Of a stretch of DNA of 23,899 nt, positions 1 to 9,751 are shown one piece after another (positions within the stretch are counted from its first letter, which is position 1; every line of letters begins with the position of its first letter). The stretch spans positions 1 through 23,899 of the forward strand of contig CAYVSA010000003.1 in assembly GCA_964454175.1 (NCBI GenBank). The letters are read 5' to 3'. The notes below the pieces were generated by a model. That model saw nothing but the letters and a program-made list of their open reading frames with translations, did not search any database and was not told where the DNA came from. Source of the stretch: an uncultured Pseudomonadota bacterium. Its GTDB lineage: Bacteria; BMS3Abin14. The position numbers were made by a program, and so were the translations under genes.

Positions 1-147
1 AGTCGGAGCTAATATGGCATATTGACCGTGGTCATCATCTGCCAATCCAGTTAATCCTCCGTGGTCTATTGTTCCATCTGCTTGAGAAGTTAAAGCAATT
101 ATTCCATTGGCGTCTGGTATTTGTAGAGTCCTTGTGGTAGCTGTGTA

Positions 148-1341
148 TTGAAACAGGGGACAGGATCGGAGACGCACGGTGGAGATTCCCTTGCCGGCGG
201 CGCCGACAAGAAATCCCCCGGTATCCACCAGCTCCTTAAGTTCATGGTGGAAAACGACGCCAGCGATCTTCACATCACCCCTGGAACACCACCGCAGCTG
301 CGGGTTGACGGGAGGCTCCGACCTCTAAACCTGGACATTATTGGCCCAGCCGAGACAAAGAATATTGCCTACAGCCTCCTGACGGATGCTCAGAAGCACA
401 CCTTCGAAGAGGAAAAGGAGCTTGACTTTTCTTTTGGTGTAAAGGGCCTGTCCAGGTTCAGAGCCAACATGTTCATGACAAGGGGCTCTGTGGGCCTTGC
501 CATAAGAACCATCCCCTTCGAAAACTGGACCTTTGACGAACTCGGCCTGCCTCCTGTTGTAGAAGAGCTCACAAAAAAGCCCACTGGTCTCCTGCTGGTA
601 ACGGGGCCGACCGGCAGCGGCAAATCCACGACGCTGGCAGCCATGGTGGACCGTATCAACAACAGCCGCAACGAGCACATAGTGACCATCGAGGATCCGA
701 TAGAGTTTCTTCATCCTCACAAGAACTGCGTAGTTAACCAGAGGGAAGTGGGATCCGACACCGATTCATTTAAAAAAGCTCTTAAGTACATTCTCCGTCA
801 GGATCCCGATATTGTTCTTATTGGTGAGATGAGGGATCTTGAAACTATTGAAGCAGCGCTGAAAGTTGCAGAGACCGGCCATCTCGTACTGGCCACACTT
901 CACACCAACGGATGTGTTCAGACCATCAACAGGGTAATTGATGTATTCCCGCCGCATCAGCAGTCCCAGATAAGGGCTCAGCTCTCTTTTGTTCTGGAGG
1001 GAGTGCTTTCCCAGGCCCTTATCCCGAAGAAGACGGGCGGCAGGATCCTCTCGCTGGAGATAATGATCCCCAACGCAGCCATTCGCAACCTGATCAGGGA
1101 GGATAAGGTCCACCAGATCTATTCCAGCATGCAGGTAGGTCAGACAAAATACGGCATGCAGACCATGAACCAATCTCTTCTGGAGCTATATCTTAAGGGA
1201 TCAGTCAACCTGGAAGATATTCTCGGCAGGACAACCAACCTTGAGGAACTTCGCCAGATGCTTACCCAGGCCGGTGTTAACCTTGCAGAAGGCCAGGGGA
1301 GCAGTGGGAGGTCCGATGGTTCCGCAGGTCATCGGCGATAA
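148..1341 (+). CDS. pilT: Type IV pilus retraction ATPase PilT
   Basis: ASDLHI N-terminal motif, Walker A GPTGSGKST, TIEDPIE, LRQDPD...GEMRD, ETGH/TLHT His box and the PilT-diagnostic AIRNLIRE motif. The TTG start is uncertain (weak RBS). Confidence 0.96.
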   Translation: MKQGTGSETHGGDSLAGGADKKSPGIHQLLKFMVENDASDLHITPGTPPQLRVDGRLRPLNLDIIGPAETKNIAYSLLTDAQKHTFEEEKELDFSFGVKGLSRFRANMFMTRGSVGLAIRTIPFENWTFDELGLPPVVEELTKKPTGLLLVTGPTGSGKSTTLAAMVDRINNSRNEHIVTIEDPIEFLHPHKNCVVNQREVGSDTDSFKKALKYILRQDPDIVLIGEMRDLETIEAALKVAETGHLVLATLHTNGCVQTINRVIDVFPPHQQSQIRAQLSFVLEGVLSQALIPKKTGGRILSLEIMIPNAAIRNLIREDKVHQIYSSMQVGQTKYGMQTMNQSLLELYLKGSVNLEDILGRTTNLEELRQMLTQAGVNLAEGQGSSGRSDGSAGHRR

Positions 1342-1369
1342 CGGCCCAGCTAAACCCGGGAGGTAATCA

Positions 1370-2581
1370 ATGCCTGTTTTCAAATGGGAAGCTCGAACAA
1401 GACAGGGTGGTGTTAAAAAGGGTGAGCTCGAGGCCCCTAACGCAGAGGCTGTTCACGCTGCGCTGCGCAGGCAGGGACTTAACCCCACCAAGGTCAAGGC
1501 CAAGCCGAAGGAGATCAAGATCAACATCCCCGGGCTTCGCGGGAAGAGGATCAAGGACAAAGACATAGTCGTGTTTACACGCCAGTTCGCCACCATGATC
1601 GATGCCGGGCTTCCCCTTGTCCAGTGTCTTGAGATCCTTTCCAGCCAGTCCGACAACCAGATGCTGGGTACTACACTGGGAACTATTCAGTCTGACGTCG
1701 AAGGCGGCGCTTCCTATGCCGAGGCCCTGGAAAAGCACCCCAAGGTCTTTGACGATCTATACGTGAATATGGTAGCAGCCGGTGAGACTGGAGGTATCCT
1801 GGACACCATCCTGAACCGTCTGGCAGCTTATATGGAAAAGGCCATTGCCTTGAAGAAGAAGGTCAAGTCAGCGATGGTCTATCCCATAACGATCCTCGCT
1901 GTTGCGGTTCTCGTGGTAGCGATCCTCATGGTGTTCGTCATTCCCAAGTTCGCCGACATGTTCACAGGCATGGGTGGTGAACTGCCTGCCATCACACAGA
2001 TCGTAATTAACATGAGTGATTTCGCGGCCAGCTGGAAAATGGGAGCTCTCGTGGGAGTGATCATCTTCTTCATTTTCCTGATGAAGAGGTACTACGGCAC
2101 CGAGAACGGGAAGAGGAGATTAGACGGTATCATGCTCAAGGCGCCAGTCTTTGGCATGCTCATCAGAAAAGTTGCCGTGGCAAAATTTACACGGACCCTG
2201 GGCACCATGCTCTCCAGCGGAGTCCCGCTCCTCGAAGCCCTGGAAATATGCGCCAGGACCTCGGGCAACAAAGTTGTGGAAGATTCGGTTTTCAAGACCA
2301 AGGTCAGCATCAGCGAGGGTAAGACCATTGCCGAACCCCTGGAGGAAACGGGTGTGTTCCCCCCCATGGTCGTTCAGATGATAAGCGTGGGCGAAGCCAC
2401 CGGTGCCCTGGACGCCATGCTCAGCAAGATCGCCGACTTCTACGACGATGAAGTGGATGTTGCCGTTGAGGCTCTGACCTCTCTCATGGAGCCGATGATG
2501 ATGGTGTTTCTGGGCGGTGCCATCGGTTTCGTGGTCATCGCCATGTACCTGCCTATCTTCAAGATGGCCTCCCTGGGCTGA
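1370..2581 (+). CDS. pilC: Type IV pilus inner-membrane platform protein PilC (GspF family)
   Basis: FTRQFATMIDAGLP, AGETGG.L, K.KSAM.YP, GEATGAL and EP...YLPIF motifs; GGAGG RBS upstream; follows pilT. Confidence 0.96.
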   Translation: MPVFKWEARTRQGGVKKGELEAPNAEAVHAALRRQGLNPTKVKAKPKEIKINIPGLRGKRIKDKDIVVFTRQFATMIDAGLPLVQCLEILSSQSDNQMLGTTLGTIQSDVEGGASYAEALEKHPKVFDDLYVNMVAAGETGGILDTILNRLAAYMEKAIALKKKVKSAMVYPITILAVAVLVVAILMVFVIPKFADMFTGMGGELPAITQIVINMSDFAASWKMGALVGVIIFFIFLMKRYYGTENGKRRLDGIMLKAPVFGMLIRKVAVAKFTRTLGTMLSSGVPLLEALEICARTSGNKVVEDSVFKTKVSISEGKTIAEPLEETGVFPPMVVQMISVGEATGALDAMLSKIADFYDDEVDVAVEALTSLMEPMMMVFLGGAIGFVVIAMYLPIFKMASLG

Positions 2582-2589
2582 CCGAAGGC

Positions 2590-4266
2590 ATGGGCAGCGG
2601 CCCTGACAGCGAGGCAGTAATACCAACAGCCGGGCTGGATTTCCTCCTTAAAGTCCTGATGTTATTCAGGGTGGTTACCATCACCCTGCTCCTGGGCGTG
2701 ACAGTAGTTGCCCAGGTCAAGGGCAGCCAGGTACTTTTCTTCGCGCCCCTGTATTTTGTATATCTTCTGATAGTAGCGGTCTACCTCGCTACCATATTAT
2801 TCTCCTCCATCTTCGATCAGGTAGCTGACCTGAAGAAATTCAGCATGGTCCAGGTCGGGTTCGATCTTATTCTGTACACTGCCATCGTTTTCCTGTCGGG
2901 CGGCTTCGAAAGTCCCTTCCCTTTCCTTTATCTTTTCGCCATCCTGTGGACGTCACTGGGGTTCCCCGGAGGTGGTGGCTACTGGACCGCCTCCTTTTCG
3001 TCGATCCTTTACGGAGCCATTGTGGACCTTGAATATTACAAGGTCCTCCTGCCGCCGCACGAGAAGGTTTTCGCCCTCATAGCCTCCTCAAACCCCTGGG
3101 ACATAATGACCAGGATCTCCCTGTACATAACGGCATTCTTTGCCGTTGCTTTTCTGGGCAGCCAGATGGGGAGAAGGTACCAGACCACTGAAGACGCACT
3201 GACGGAAAAAGCAGCAGATCTTGAGAGCCTCAGACATCTGAGTGATGTTGTCTTCGACAGCATCAACAGCGGGATCCTCGTCCTCGACACGGAGGGAAAG
3301 ATAATTACAATAAACGCTTCGGGAGGCCATATTCTGGGTATCGACAGAACGGACAAGATCGGCAGCTATGCGCGGGATATCTTCAACGACGTGCCCATTG
3401 ATAACCTCTGCAGGAGCGCCGCTTCGGGTATGCTCAACAGGTGGGAGGGTATATTTACCCACATCTCAGGAAGGCACTGCAGTTTCGGCCTCTCCATCTC
3501 GAAGCTGATGGAGCCTGAGGAGGGATACGTAGTCATATTCCAGGACCTTACGGACTTTCGTGAAATGGAGGAGAAACTCAAGTCTGCTGAGAAGCTGTCC
3601 GCCATCGGCCGAATGGCGGCCAATATAGCCCACGAAGTAAGAAATCCCCTGGCTTCCATGAGTGGGTCGATCCAGATCCTGAAGGATTCCCTTGACATCG
3701 CTATAGAAGACCGGAATCTTATGGACATTGTTCTCCGGGAGACCGAGAGGCTGAACACTCTTGTTGAGGAGTTTTTAACCTATGCAAGGCCGCCTTCCCC
3801 CAGGTTCGAGAACGAGGATTTGAGGAAGATCGTTTCAGAGACCATGAAAATACTTGAAGGCAGCGTTGATGCAGACGGAATTGAGCTCATCGAGGAGATC
3901 CCGGATGAGCCTGTGATAACTGCTATGGACCCGGGTCAGATGTCCCAGGTCCTGCATAACCTGGCAAAAAACTCCCTGGAGGCGATGGAAACCGGAGGCG
4001 AGCTTCGGATCGGGCTGAAATTGACAGTTGTTGATGAGTCCCCCAGGGCGGTTCTGACAGTCTCCGACACAGGACACGGAATATCGGATGATATAATGGC
4101 CGAGATTTTCGAGCCATTTAAGACCACGAAATCCAAGGGAACAGGCCTGGGTCTTGCGATAGTCTACCAGCTGATCCAGATACATAAGGGAATTATCGAT
4201 ATTTCGTCCGTCCCGGATAAGGGGACCACATTTACGATCTCGCTTCCGGCCAGGAGTGTGACATGA
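2590..4266 (+). CDS. pilS: Membrane sensor histidine kinase, PilS-like
   Basis: Multiple N-terminal TM segments, PAS-like region, H-box AHEVRNPL, N-box NLAKNS, DTGHG and GTGLGL; located between pilC and pilR. Confidence 0.88.
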   Translation: MGSGPDSEAVIPTAGLDFLLKVLMLFRVVTITLLLGVTVVAQVKGSQVLFFAPLYFVYLLIVAVYLATILFSSIFDQVADLKKFSMVQVGFDLILYTAIVFLSGGFESPFPFLYLFAILWTSLGFPGGGGYWTASFSSILYGAIVDLEYYKVLLPPHEKVFALIASSNPWDIMTRISLYITAFFAVAFLGSQMGRRYQTTEDALTEKAADLESLRHLSDVVFDSINSGILVLDTEGKIITINASGGHILGIDRTDKIGSYARDIFNDVPIDNLCRSAASGMLNRWEGIFTHISGRHCSFGLSISKLMEPEEGYVVIFQDLTDFREMEEKLKSAEKLSAIGRMAANIAHEVRNPLASMSGSIQILKDSLDIAIEDRNLMDIVLRETERLNTLVEEFLTYARPPSPRFENEDLRKIVSETMKILEGSVDADGIELIEEIPDEPVITAMDPGQMSQVLHNLAKNSLEAMETGGELRIGLKLTVVDESPRAVLTVSDTGHGISDDIMAEIFEPFKTTKSKGTGLGLAIVYQLIQIHKGIIDISSVPDKGTTFTISLPARSVT

Positions 4267-5669
4267 GTTCAGGCAGCAGGGGAAGGATCCTCGTTGTTGA
4301 CGATGAAAGAAGCATGAGGGAAATGCTGGACATCTTCCTGGGCAGGGAAGGCTACACCGTCACGGAGTGTGCCGCTGGTACCGAGGCCCTGCGTCTTCTC
4401 GATGAAAAGGGTCCGTACGACCTGATCATTACAGACATTAACATGCCTGGTCTTTCGGGCTTTGACCTTCTCAGGGAAGTGAAGATAAAGTTTCCTGAGC
4501 TTCCCGTGCTGATGATAACCGCCTACGGATCACCCGACTCGGCGGTCGAGGCCATGAAGCTTGGCGCGACCGACTACATCACCAAACCGTTCAGGATTGA
4601 AGAGATAAAGGCCAGGATCAGCGCTGCTGTGGAACGCAGACGCCTTGCCGAAGAGAATGAAGAACTGCAGAAGCTCCTCGACGGTAAGTATGGATTTGAA
4701 AGCATCATAGGCAAAAGCGCGGGCATGAAGAATATCTTCGAAATGATCCGCCGGCTCTCGGAGATGGACAGCACTGTGGTTATCTCCGGTGAGAGTGGAA
4801 CGGGGAAAGAGTTGATCGCCAGAGCGCTTCATTACAACAGCCTCTCGGGGCCTGGGCCCTTCATCACAGTTAACTGCGGTGCATTGGTGGAGACCCTGCT
4901 GGAGAGTGAGCTGTTCGGGCACAGGAAAGGATCTTTCACGGGTGCTGACTCGGACAGGAAGGGGCTCTTTGAAACGGCCAGCGGAGGGACACTTTTCCTG
5001 GATGAGATAACAGAAACCTCTACCGCGCTCCAGGTCAAGCTTCTCAGGGCCATTCAGGAGGGAGAGGTAGTGCCCGTAGGGGATACCACTCCGGTTGTGG
5101 TTGACGTAAGGATAGTTGTGGCAACGAACAGGGATCTCGCTCGGGAGGTAAAGGAAGGCAGGTTCCGGGAGGATCTATACTACCGGCTCAACGTCATCCA
5201 TATCCAGGTTCCGCCCCTGAGGGACAGGAAAGAGGACATACCCCTTCTGATCGATCATTTCCTGAAAAGCCTCGCCGAAAAAAGGGGGCAGGAAGTGAAG
5301 TCCCTTTCCAGGGAAGCAGTGCTGATGTTGATGGACTATGGGTATCCGGGTAACGTCCGAGAACTGGAAAATATAATCGAGAGGGGTGTTGCTCTTGCCG
5401 ATGATAATATCATTGATCTGGATTCGCTGCCCCAGGAAATTCAGATGACTGCCGAACAGCCTGTCAGCCCGGCGGCGCTCCCGGCAGACGGTATAGACCT
5501 TGACTCACTCATGGAAAAATATGAGAGGGAGCTGATCGAGACCGCACTGGCGCGTTCGGGAGGCAACCGGACAAAAGCCGCCCGGATACTCGGCATAAGT
5601 TTCAGATCGCTGCGATACAGGCTAAAGAAGTTCGGTCCAGACGATGTAGATCCAGAACCAGTAAAATAG
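4263..5669 (+). CDS. pilR: Sigma54-dependent response regulator, PilR-like
   Basis: Receiver domain (VVDDE, DINMPG, KPF), AAA+ domain (GESGTGKE, ESELFGH, GSFTGA, FLDEI, FREDLYYRL, PGNVREL) and Fis-type HTH ending SLRYRLKK; 4-nt overlap with pilS; upstream of the sigma54 pilA promoter. Confidence 0.9.
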   Translation: MSSGSRGRILVVDDERSMREMLDIFLGREGYTVTECAAGTEALRLLDEKGPYDLIITDINMPGLSGFDLLREVKIKFPELPVLMITAYGSPDSAVEAMKLGATDYITKPFRIEEIKARISAAVERRRLAEENEELQKLLDGKYGFESIIGKSAGMKNIFEMIRRLSEMDSTVVISGESGTGKELIARALHYNSLSGPGPFITVNCGALVETLLESELFGHRKGSFTGADSDRKGLFETASGGTLFLDEITETSTALQVKLLRAIQEGEVVPVGDTTPVVVDVRIVVATNRDLAREVKEGRFREDLYYRLNVIHIQVPPLRDRKEDIPLLIDHFLKSLAEKRGQEVKSLSREAVLMLMDYGYPGNVRELENIIERGVALADDNIIDLDSLPQEIQMTAEQPVSPAALPADGIDLDSLMEKYERELIETALARSGGNRTKAARILGISFRSLRYRLKKFGPDDVDPEPVK

Positions 5670-5704
5670 CAAGTTTGCGAGGACTGTTCTCAGGGAGTTT
5701 AATT

Positions 5705-6130
5705 TTGGCCAAGAGGCATACATCAGGACAGAAGGGGTTTACGCTTATTGAACTACTGATGGTTATAGCTATCATGGGAATACTGGCGTCCTTTGCCATA
5801 CCGAGCTACATGGGCATGAAGGACAAGGCCACATGGGGAGTCACCAAGGCGAACCTGGATGTTATCAGGACGGCCCTGGCGAACTACGCGGCCAACTCGG
5901 CCGAGACCATGTATCCCCTTTCGGTGAGCAACTGGGCCAACCTTGTGGCCCTCCTGCCTGAGTCAAACCTGCCGCCTACCAGCGTCCAGGCAAAGGTGGC
6001 GGCGGGGACTTTCTCCTACGCCTCATCGGTGGGTGCGAATTTTACTGTAACGGTAACATCCACGAACAAATTCTTGGATGTTCTCACCGCAAAACCGTCA
6101 GGCATCTCTCCACAGGAGTATCCCCGTTAG
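5705..6130 (+). CDS. Type IV pilin, full-length paralog of the downstream PilA
   Basis: Class III signal QKG|FTLIELL with Glu5; aligns end to end with the 6391 pilin (about 64 of 131 identities by manual count). TTG 5705 is preferred over 5675 because GGGAG lies at 5693-5697. Confidence 0.88.
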   Translation: MAKRHTSGQKGFTLIELLMVIAIMGILASFAIPSYMGMKDKATWGVTKANLDVIRTALANYAANSAETMYPLSVSNWANLVALLPESNLPPTSVQAKVAAGTFSYASSVGANFTVTVTSTNKFLDVLTAKPSGISPQEYPR

Positions 6131-6135
6131 GGCAA

Positions 6136-6225
6136 TGTCGTGCAGGCATCTGTGTCTCCAAACGGAGATTACAGGACAGGAAAGGTCACAAAAACTGACA
6201 AATTTTGTCATTACCCTCCGGTGTC
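6136..6225. promoter_or_regulatory. Putative PilR enhancer region upstream of pilA
   Basis: Perfect dyad TGACAAA-T-TTTGTCA at 6196-6210 and six TGTC/GACA tetramers within 90 bp, about 100-185 bp upstream of the -24 element. Confidence 0.6.
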
Positions 6226-6269
6226 CGGCAATATGCATCCATTTTGCAATAATCCATATTTAGCTGTTT

Positions 6270-6282
6270 ATTCAATGAGTTA
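6270..6282 (+). promoter_or_regulatory. Putative IHF site
   Basis: ATTCAATGAGTTA has one mismatch to WATCAANNNNTTR and lies in an AT-rich stretch between the enhancer and the sigma54 promoter. Confidence 0.45.
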
Positions 6283-6320
6283 AACCACAAATTCTTTCTT
6301 ATCTCCCCCCAGTTAGAGAT

Positions 6321-6336
6321 TGGCACAACGCTTGCT
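6321..6336 (+). promoter_or_regulatory. Sigma54 (-24/-12) promoter of pilA
   Basis: TGGCAC-AACGC-TTGCT matches the TGGCAC-N5-TTGCW consensus exactly, 54 nt before the pilA ATG. Confidence 0.9.
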
Positions 6337-6390
6337 CCTTCCAGTGCGCGATCACAAACAATCAAATCTATTGAAAGGGAGGTATCGAAA

Positions 6391-6819
6391 ATGTTGATGA
6401 AGATGAGAGCAAGAAGAGGTGAAAAGGGTTTTACCCTTATCGAGCTGATGATCGTTGTGGCGATCATCGGAATCCTGGCAGCCATTGCCATTCCAAATTT
6501 CCTGAACCTCAAGGACAAGGCGATCTTCGGAACGGCCAAGGCCAACGTTGATGTACTGCGCTCGGCACTGGCAGCCTATGCAGCCGACGACTCGTCAAAC
6601 AGGTACCCGACAGCGACTGGTCGGACATTTAGTCAACTTAGCAACCTGGTTCCCAACGCCAATATGCCGTCAACCGCAGCTCTGGCAAAATTTGGTAGCT
6701 TTACCTACGACAGTGCTGCCGGCATGAGCTTCACCATCACGGTAACGGCGACGAACCGTGCCAGTGACCAGCTTGTTGGAACACCCTCGGGGATCACACC
6801 CAACGCGTATCCTCATTAA
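6391..6819 (+). CDS. pilA: Major type IVa pilin PilA
   Basis: EKG|FTLIELMIVVAIIGILAAIAIPNF canonical N-terminus; GGAGGT RBS at 6378-6383; own sigma54 promoter and terminator; 129-aa mature chain with no Cys. Confidence 0.93.
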   Translation: MLMKMRARRGEKGFTLIELMIVVAIIGILAAIAIPNFLNLKDKAIFGTAKANVDVLRSALAAYAADDSSNRYPTATGRTFSQLSNLVPNANMPSTAALAKFGSFTYDSAAGMSFTITVTATNRASDQLVGTPSGITPNAYPH

Positions 6820-6842
6820 TCTCCTCTGCAGTACTTTAGTGG

Positions 6843-6875
6843 GTGAACGGCGGCTTTTTGCCGCCGTTCGCTTTT
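6843..6875 (+). terminator. Intrinsic terminator or stabilising hairpin after pilA
   Basis: Perfect 10-bp stem GAACGGCGGC (6845-6854) / GCCGCCGTTC (6860-6869), T5 loop, followed by GCTTTT. Confidence 0.8.
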
Positions 6876-6888
6876 CCGGGGGGCAATC

Positions 6889-8736
6889 ATGAATGACACT
6901 GCAGACTTTGGTGCCACGAGAATTTCCGGGGTTGTGTTTTCCCTCCTTCTTATAGTACGCCCCCTGTTATCCGGTGCCGCGAGCCCTTACGTGGAAGGAC
7001 TTTTCGCGGTCATGGCCCTGCTGACAATTTCACTGCTGGTTCTTTCAGGTGCAGATGTACCTGTTTCAGGAAGCACCGACCTGACCCCCATTGTGTCTCT
7101 AATACTTATGTACGCGTGGATGGTTATATCCCTTGCGTGGAGTGTTGATACGGGCGCAGGTATCAACGAACTCGTAACCATGACAACGGCGGTCGCCGGT
7201 TTTTTTGCATCCTACTTCCTGGTTAAAATTTCTTCTGTTCGCGAAAAATATCTGGTAATACTCCTGCCCGCCGTAATTCTTCCTGTCGCAGCCAGAGCTC
7301 TTTATCAGAAATTTTTTGGCTTTGGAGCCATCGGTGAGGCACTTGCGCGTATGGCCGCGGCTGGGCAGGATGTAAGTGACCTTGCCGGTTACATTAAATC
7401 AGGAAGAGTTTTTGCCGGATTTCTAAACCCCAACATGCTCGCGGCGTTCTGTGCGATGACAATACCACTACTGATTTATCTTGCAGCGAGCGCCCGGAAA
7501 GTGCCGCACCGGGTGTTTTCAGGCAGCCTGCCTGTCCTCATGGCAGTCATCCTTTTTCTCACTGGCTCTCTGGGAGGTGCGTTGGCAGCAGCCTCCGGCG
7601 TATTCGTCCTGGTAGTTCTGTGGGGAAAAACCGGGAGGCGGGTCGGAACCGGCCTGTTGGCTGCAGCCGTAGTCCTGGTAACAGGAGTTATTTATTTCAG
7701 GGGCACCGGGTTCCTGTTTGGCAACGATGGTTCAGTAACACAACGGGCCGGCTATATGGCAGCCGGTATCCGGATGTTTTTTACCAGACCCCTGGCTGGA
7801 TGGGGCGTGGGGTCTGTGCCGGGAACCCTTATGGGGTTTGTAAGCAGTTCTGTCAGGCCCGTGAACGATCCCCATAATTTTTTTGTCAGGACCCTTGCTG
7901 CCTGGGGCCTTATCGGGACTCTTGTGCTAACAACATTTTTCCTTTCAATGGCAAGAAGCGTCAATGAGAGATTAAAAGCTGCCGGGGACAGGGGTTTATC
8001 CGCTGCCCTTATCGCGTCGTCTGCAGCTTTCCTGATCCACTCCCTTATTGACATGACTTTTTTTGTGCCTGAAACAGCCCTTTTCGGCTGGGTCGTTATG
8101 GGCGCCGCGTTAGGATCTTTAAGCGGTCCTTTTTCCCGGCCTCATCGGGAAACGGGCAGGGGACCTGCCAGGATCGCCCTGGGAGTAGTTCTGATCTTCC
8201 TGTGTGTCCCTACTTTGTATTTCTTCCAGACCGAGTTCGTCTATTTTCAGGGAAGACAGTCTTTTTTCAAGGGAGAATTTGCCGAGGCGGCAAAGCTCTT
8301 TGGCCAAGCGCGTTTCCTCATGCCCTTCAAGGGCCAGTATCCTCTAATGGAAGGAAGGTCAAAGATCGCTCTTGGTAACTATCAGGAGGCGCGCAATGAT
8401 TTTTCTGTAGCGTCAAAACTGCTTCCGGCAAGTCCATATCCCTTGTGGGAGCTCGCTCGGGCTGAGACAGGAATGGGCAACCAGGACAGGGCGTTAGCAC
8501 TTCTTGACGAGGCGGGAGATAAATTTCCCACCTCTCCCTGGATCCGCATCGAGCGGGCCCAGGCACTGATGAAAAAGGGCAGGGGAGAGGATGCCCTGTT
8601 GGAACTACTGGAGGCAAAAGCCTACTCGGCTTTTGATATGGAGGCAGCGAAGATCATCAACGATGCCCTTGCCGGTGTTGGCCAGGAAGCTATAGACAAC
8701 GTGCTTGGCCGACAGGATCTAGAGTTCAGGTTCTAG
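6889..8736 (+). CDS. O-antigen ligase (Wzy_C) family membrane protein with C-terminal TPR-like repeats; candidate pilin O-oligosaccharyltransferase
   Basis: About 12 hydrophobic segments; motifs FLNPNMLA, LTGSLGG, QR...PLAGWGVG, PHNFF, HSLID; helical TPR-pattern C-terminus; directly downstream of pilA. Confidence 0.75.
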   Translation: MNDTADFGATRISGVVFSLLLIVRPLLSGAASPYVEGLFAVMALLTISLLVLSGADVPVSGSTDLTPIVSLILMYAWMVISLAWSVDTGAGINELVTMTTAVAGFFASYFLVKISSVREKYLVILLPAVILPVAARALYQKFFGFGAIGEALARMAAAGQDVSDLAGYIKSGRVFAGFLNPNMLAAFCAMTIPLLIYLAASARKVPHRVFSGSLPVLMAVILFLTGSLGGALAAASGVFVLVVLWGKTGRRVGTGLLAAAVVLVTGVIYFRGTGFLFGNDGSVTQRAGYMAAGIRMFFTRPLAGWGVGSVPGTLMGFVSSSVRPVNDPHNFFVRTLAAWGLIGTLVLTTFFLSMARSVNERLKAAGDRGLSAALIASSAAFLIHSLIDMTFFVPETALFGWVVMGAALGSLSGPFSRPHRETGRGPARIALGVVLIFLCVPTLYFFQTEFVYFQGRQSFFKGEFAEAAKLFGQARFLMPFKGQYPLMEGRSKIALGNYQEARNDFSVASKLLPASPYPLWELARAETGMGNQDRALALLDEAGDKFPTSPWIRIERAQALMKKGRGEDALLELLEAKAYSAFDMEAAKIINDALAGVGQEAIDNVLGRQDLEFRF

Positions 8737-9659
8737 CGATGAAACACTCGGAAAATCTGACCGATCCTGTGTTCTATAGCAGCGAAAAATGCTCTGGGTT
8801 CTATTGTGAACCGGCGTGCCCTGAAAAGTGTTTTCATAAAAGTTCTGTCGATGAATCCTCTATCTCTCCCGAAGTAGTCCCTGAAGACAGCATCCACAGT
8901 AGGACCTCTGTGGCGGCGTACCTGCCCGGAACCGGTGAGAGAACGCGGGTGTACCCTGAATCCGGAAAGAAAACTGTCTGTCCTTCTGTAATTAGCTCCT
9001 TTGCGGATCATTCTGTAGAACATATCGTAGTCCATGGAGTACCGGCACTCCCGGAGCCCCCCGATCTTCCTGAAAAGATCAGACTTCCAGAATGCGGCTG
9101 GCTGGTTGAAAATGATGTTGACTTCGTAGAGGAAATCCCTGATATCGAAATCCACGGTATAGACCCTCTTTGTCACGCTGTCTCTGGCGTCGATCTCCAC
9201 CATATTGCCGTAGTAGATATCTGTGTCCGGATTTTTGGCAAGGAAGCTGCCGACCTTCATGAGTGATCCCGGGAGCAGTACATCATCGGAATTGATCCAG
9301 GTCATGTATCCTCCCGAAGCGAGTTCGACGCCTCTGTTAATGGCGTCCCACTGGCCACGGTCGCTGCCGCTTTCCCAATGTTTGAGAAGAGGTTCGTATC
9401 GTCTGATTATGTCAACAGTTCCGTCTGTGGAGCCCCCGTCCACCACGATGTGTTCCAGGTTGGGGTAGCCCTGGTTGTGGATCGACAGGATGGTCCGCTC
9501 CATGAAGGGCGCCTGATTGAGAGATGGCGTAATAATTGAGATTATCGGCAAAGAGGGGTCTGCCGCCGGTCTTGTCCCGGATTGAAGTACTGGACTTTCG
9601 AGAAAAGCCCTTAGTTCTTCAGTTATTATGCGGCTGGTATTGGAGATTCCCATCGACAT
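8733..9659 (-). CDS. Glycosyltransferase family 2
   Basis: ISIITPSLNQ, VVDGGSTDGT, DAINRG, WINSDD, QPAAFW and MDYD motifs; its stop codon overlaps the convergent gene's stop at CTAG 8733-8736. Confidence 0.9.
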   Translation of the reverse strand: MSMGISNTSRIITEELRAFLESPVLQSGTRPAADPSLPIISIITPSLNQAPFMERTILSIHNQGYPNLEHIVVDGGSTDGTVDIIRRYEPLLKHWESGSDRGQWDAINRGVELASGGYMTWINSDDVLLPGSLMKVGSFLAKNPDTDIYYGNMVEIDARDSVTKRVYTVDFDIRDFLYEVNIIFNQPAAFWKSDLFRKIGGLRECRYSMDYDMFYRMIRKGANYRRTDSFLSGFRVHPRSLTGSGQVRRHRGPTVDAVFRDYFGRDRGFIDRTFMKTLFRARRFTIEPRAFFAAIEHRIGQIFRVFHR

Positions 9660-9730
9660 TCCGTCAGTCCCGGCAGATTAACCATAACTGGGAGAATTGG
9701 TACTTGAATAAATGCACCCACCGGTTATAG

Positions 9731-9751
9731 TATGAAAAAAATTCATAGCAC
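9731..9751. promoter_or_regulatory. Dyad TATGAA-N5-TTCATA in the divergent GT2/wecA intergenic region
   Basis: TATGAA-AAAAA-TTCATAGCAC; a near-identical copy lies at 19401-19422. Confidence 0.55.

Noticed and set aside
6391-6819. PilA as a Geobacter-type conductive e-pilin
   Set aside because: The mature chain is 129 aa, not truncated. F1, F24 and Y50 are present, but positions 27, 32 and 57 are not aromatic, and there is an aromatic-free gap of about 25 residues near the C-terminus.
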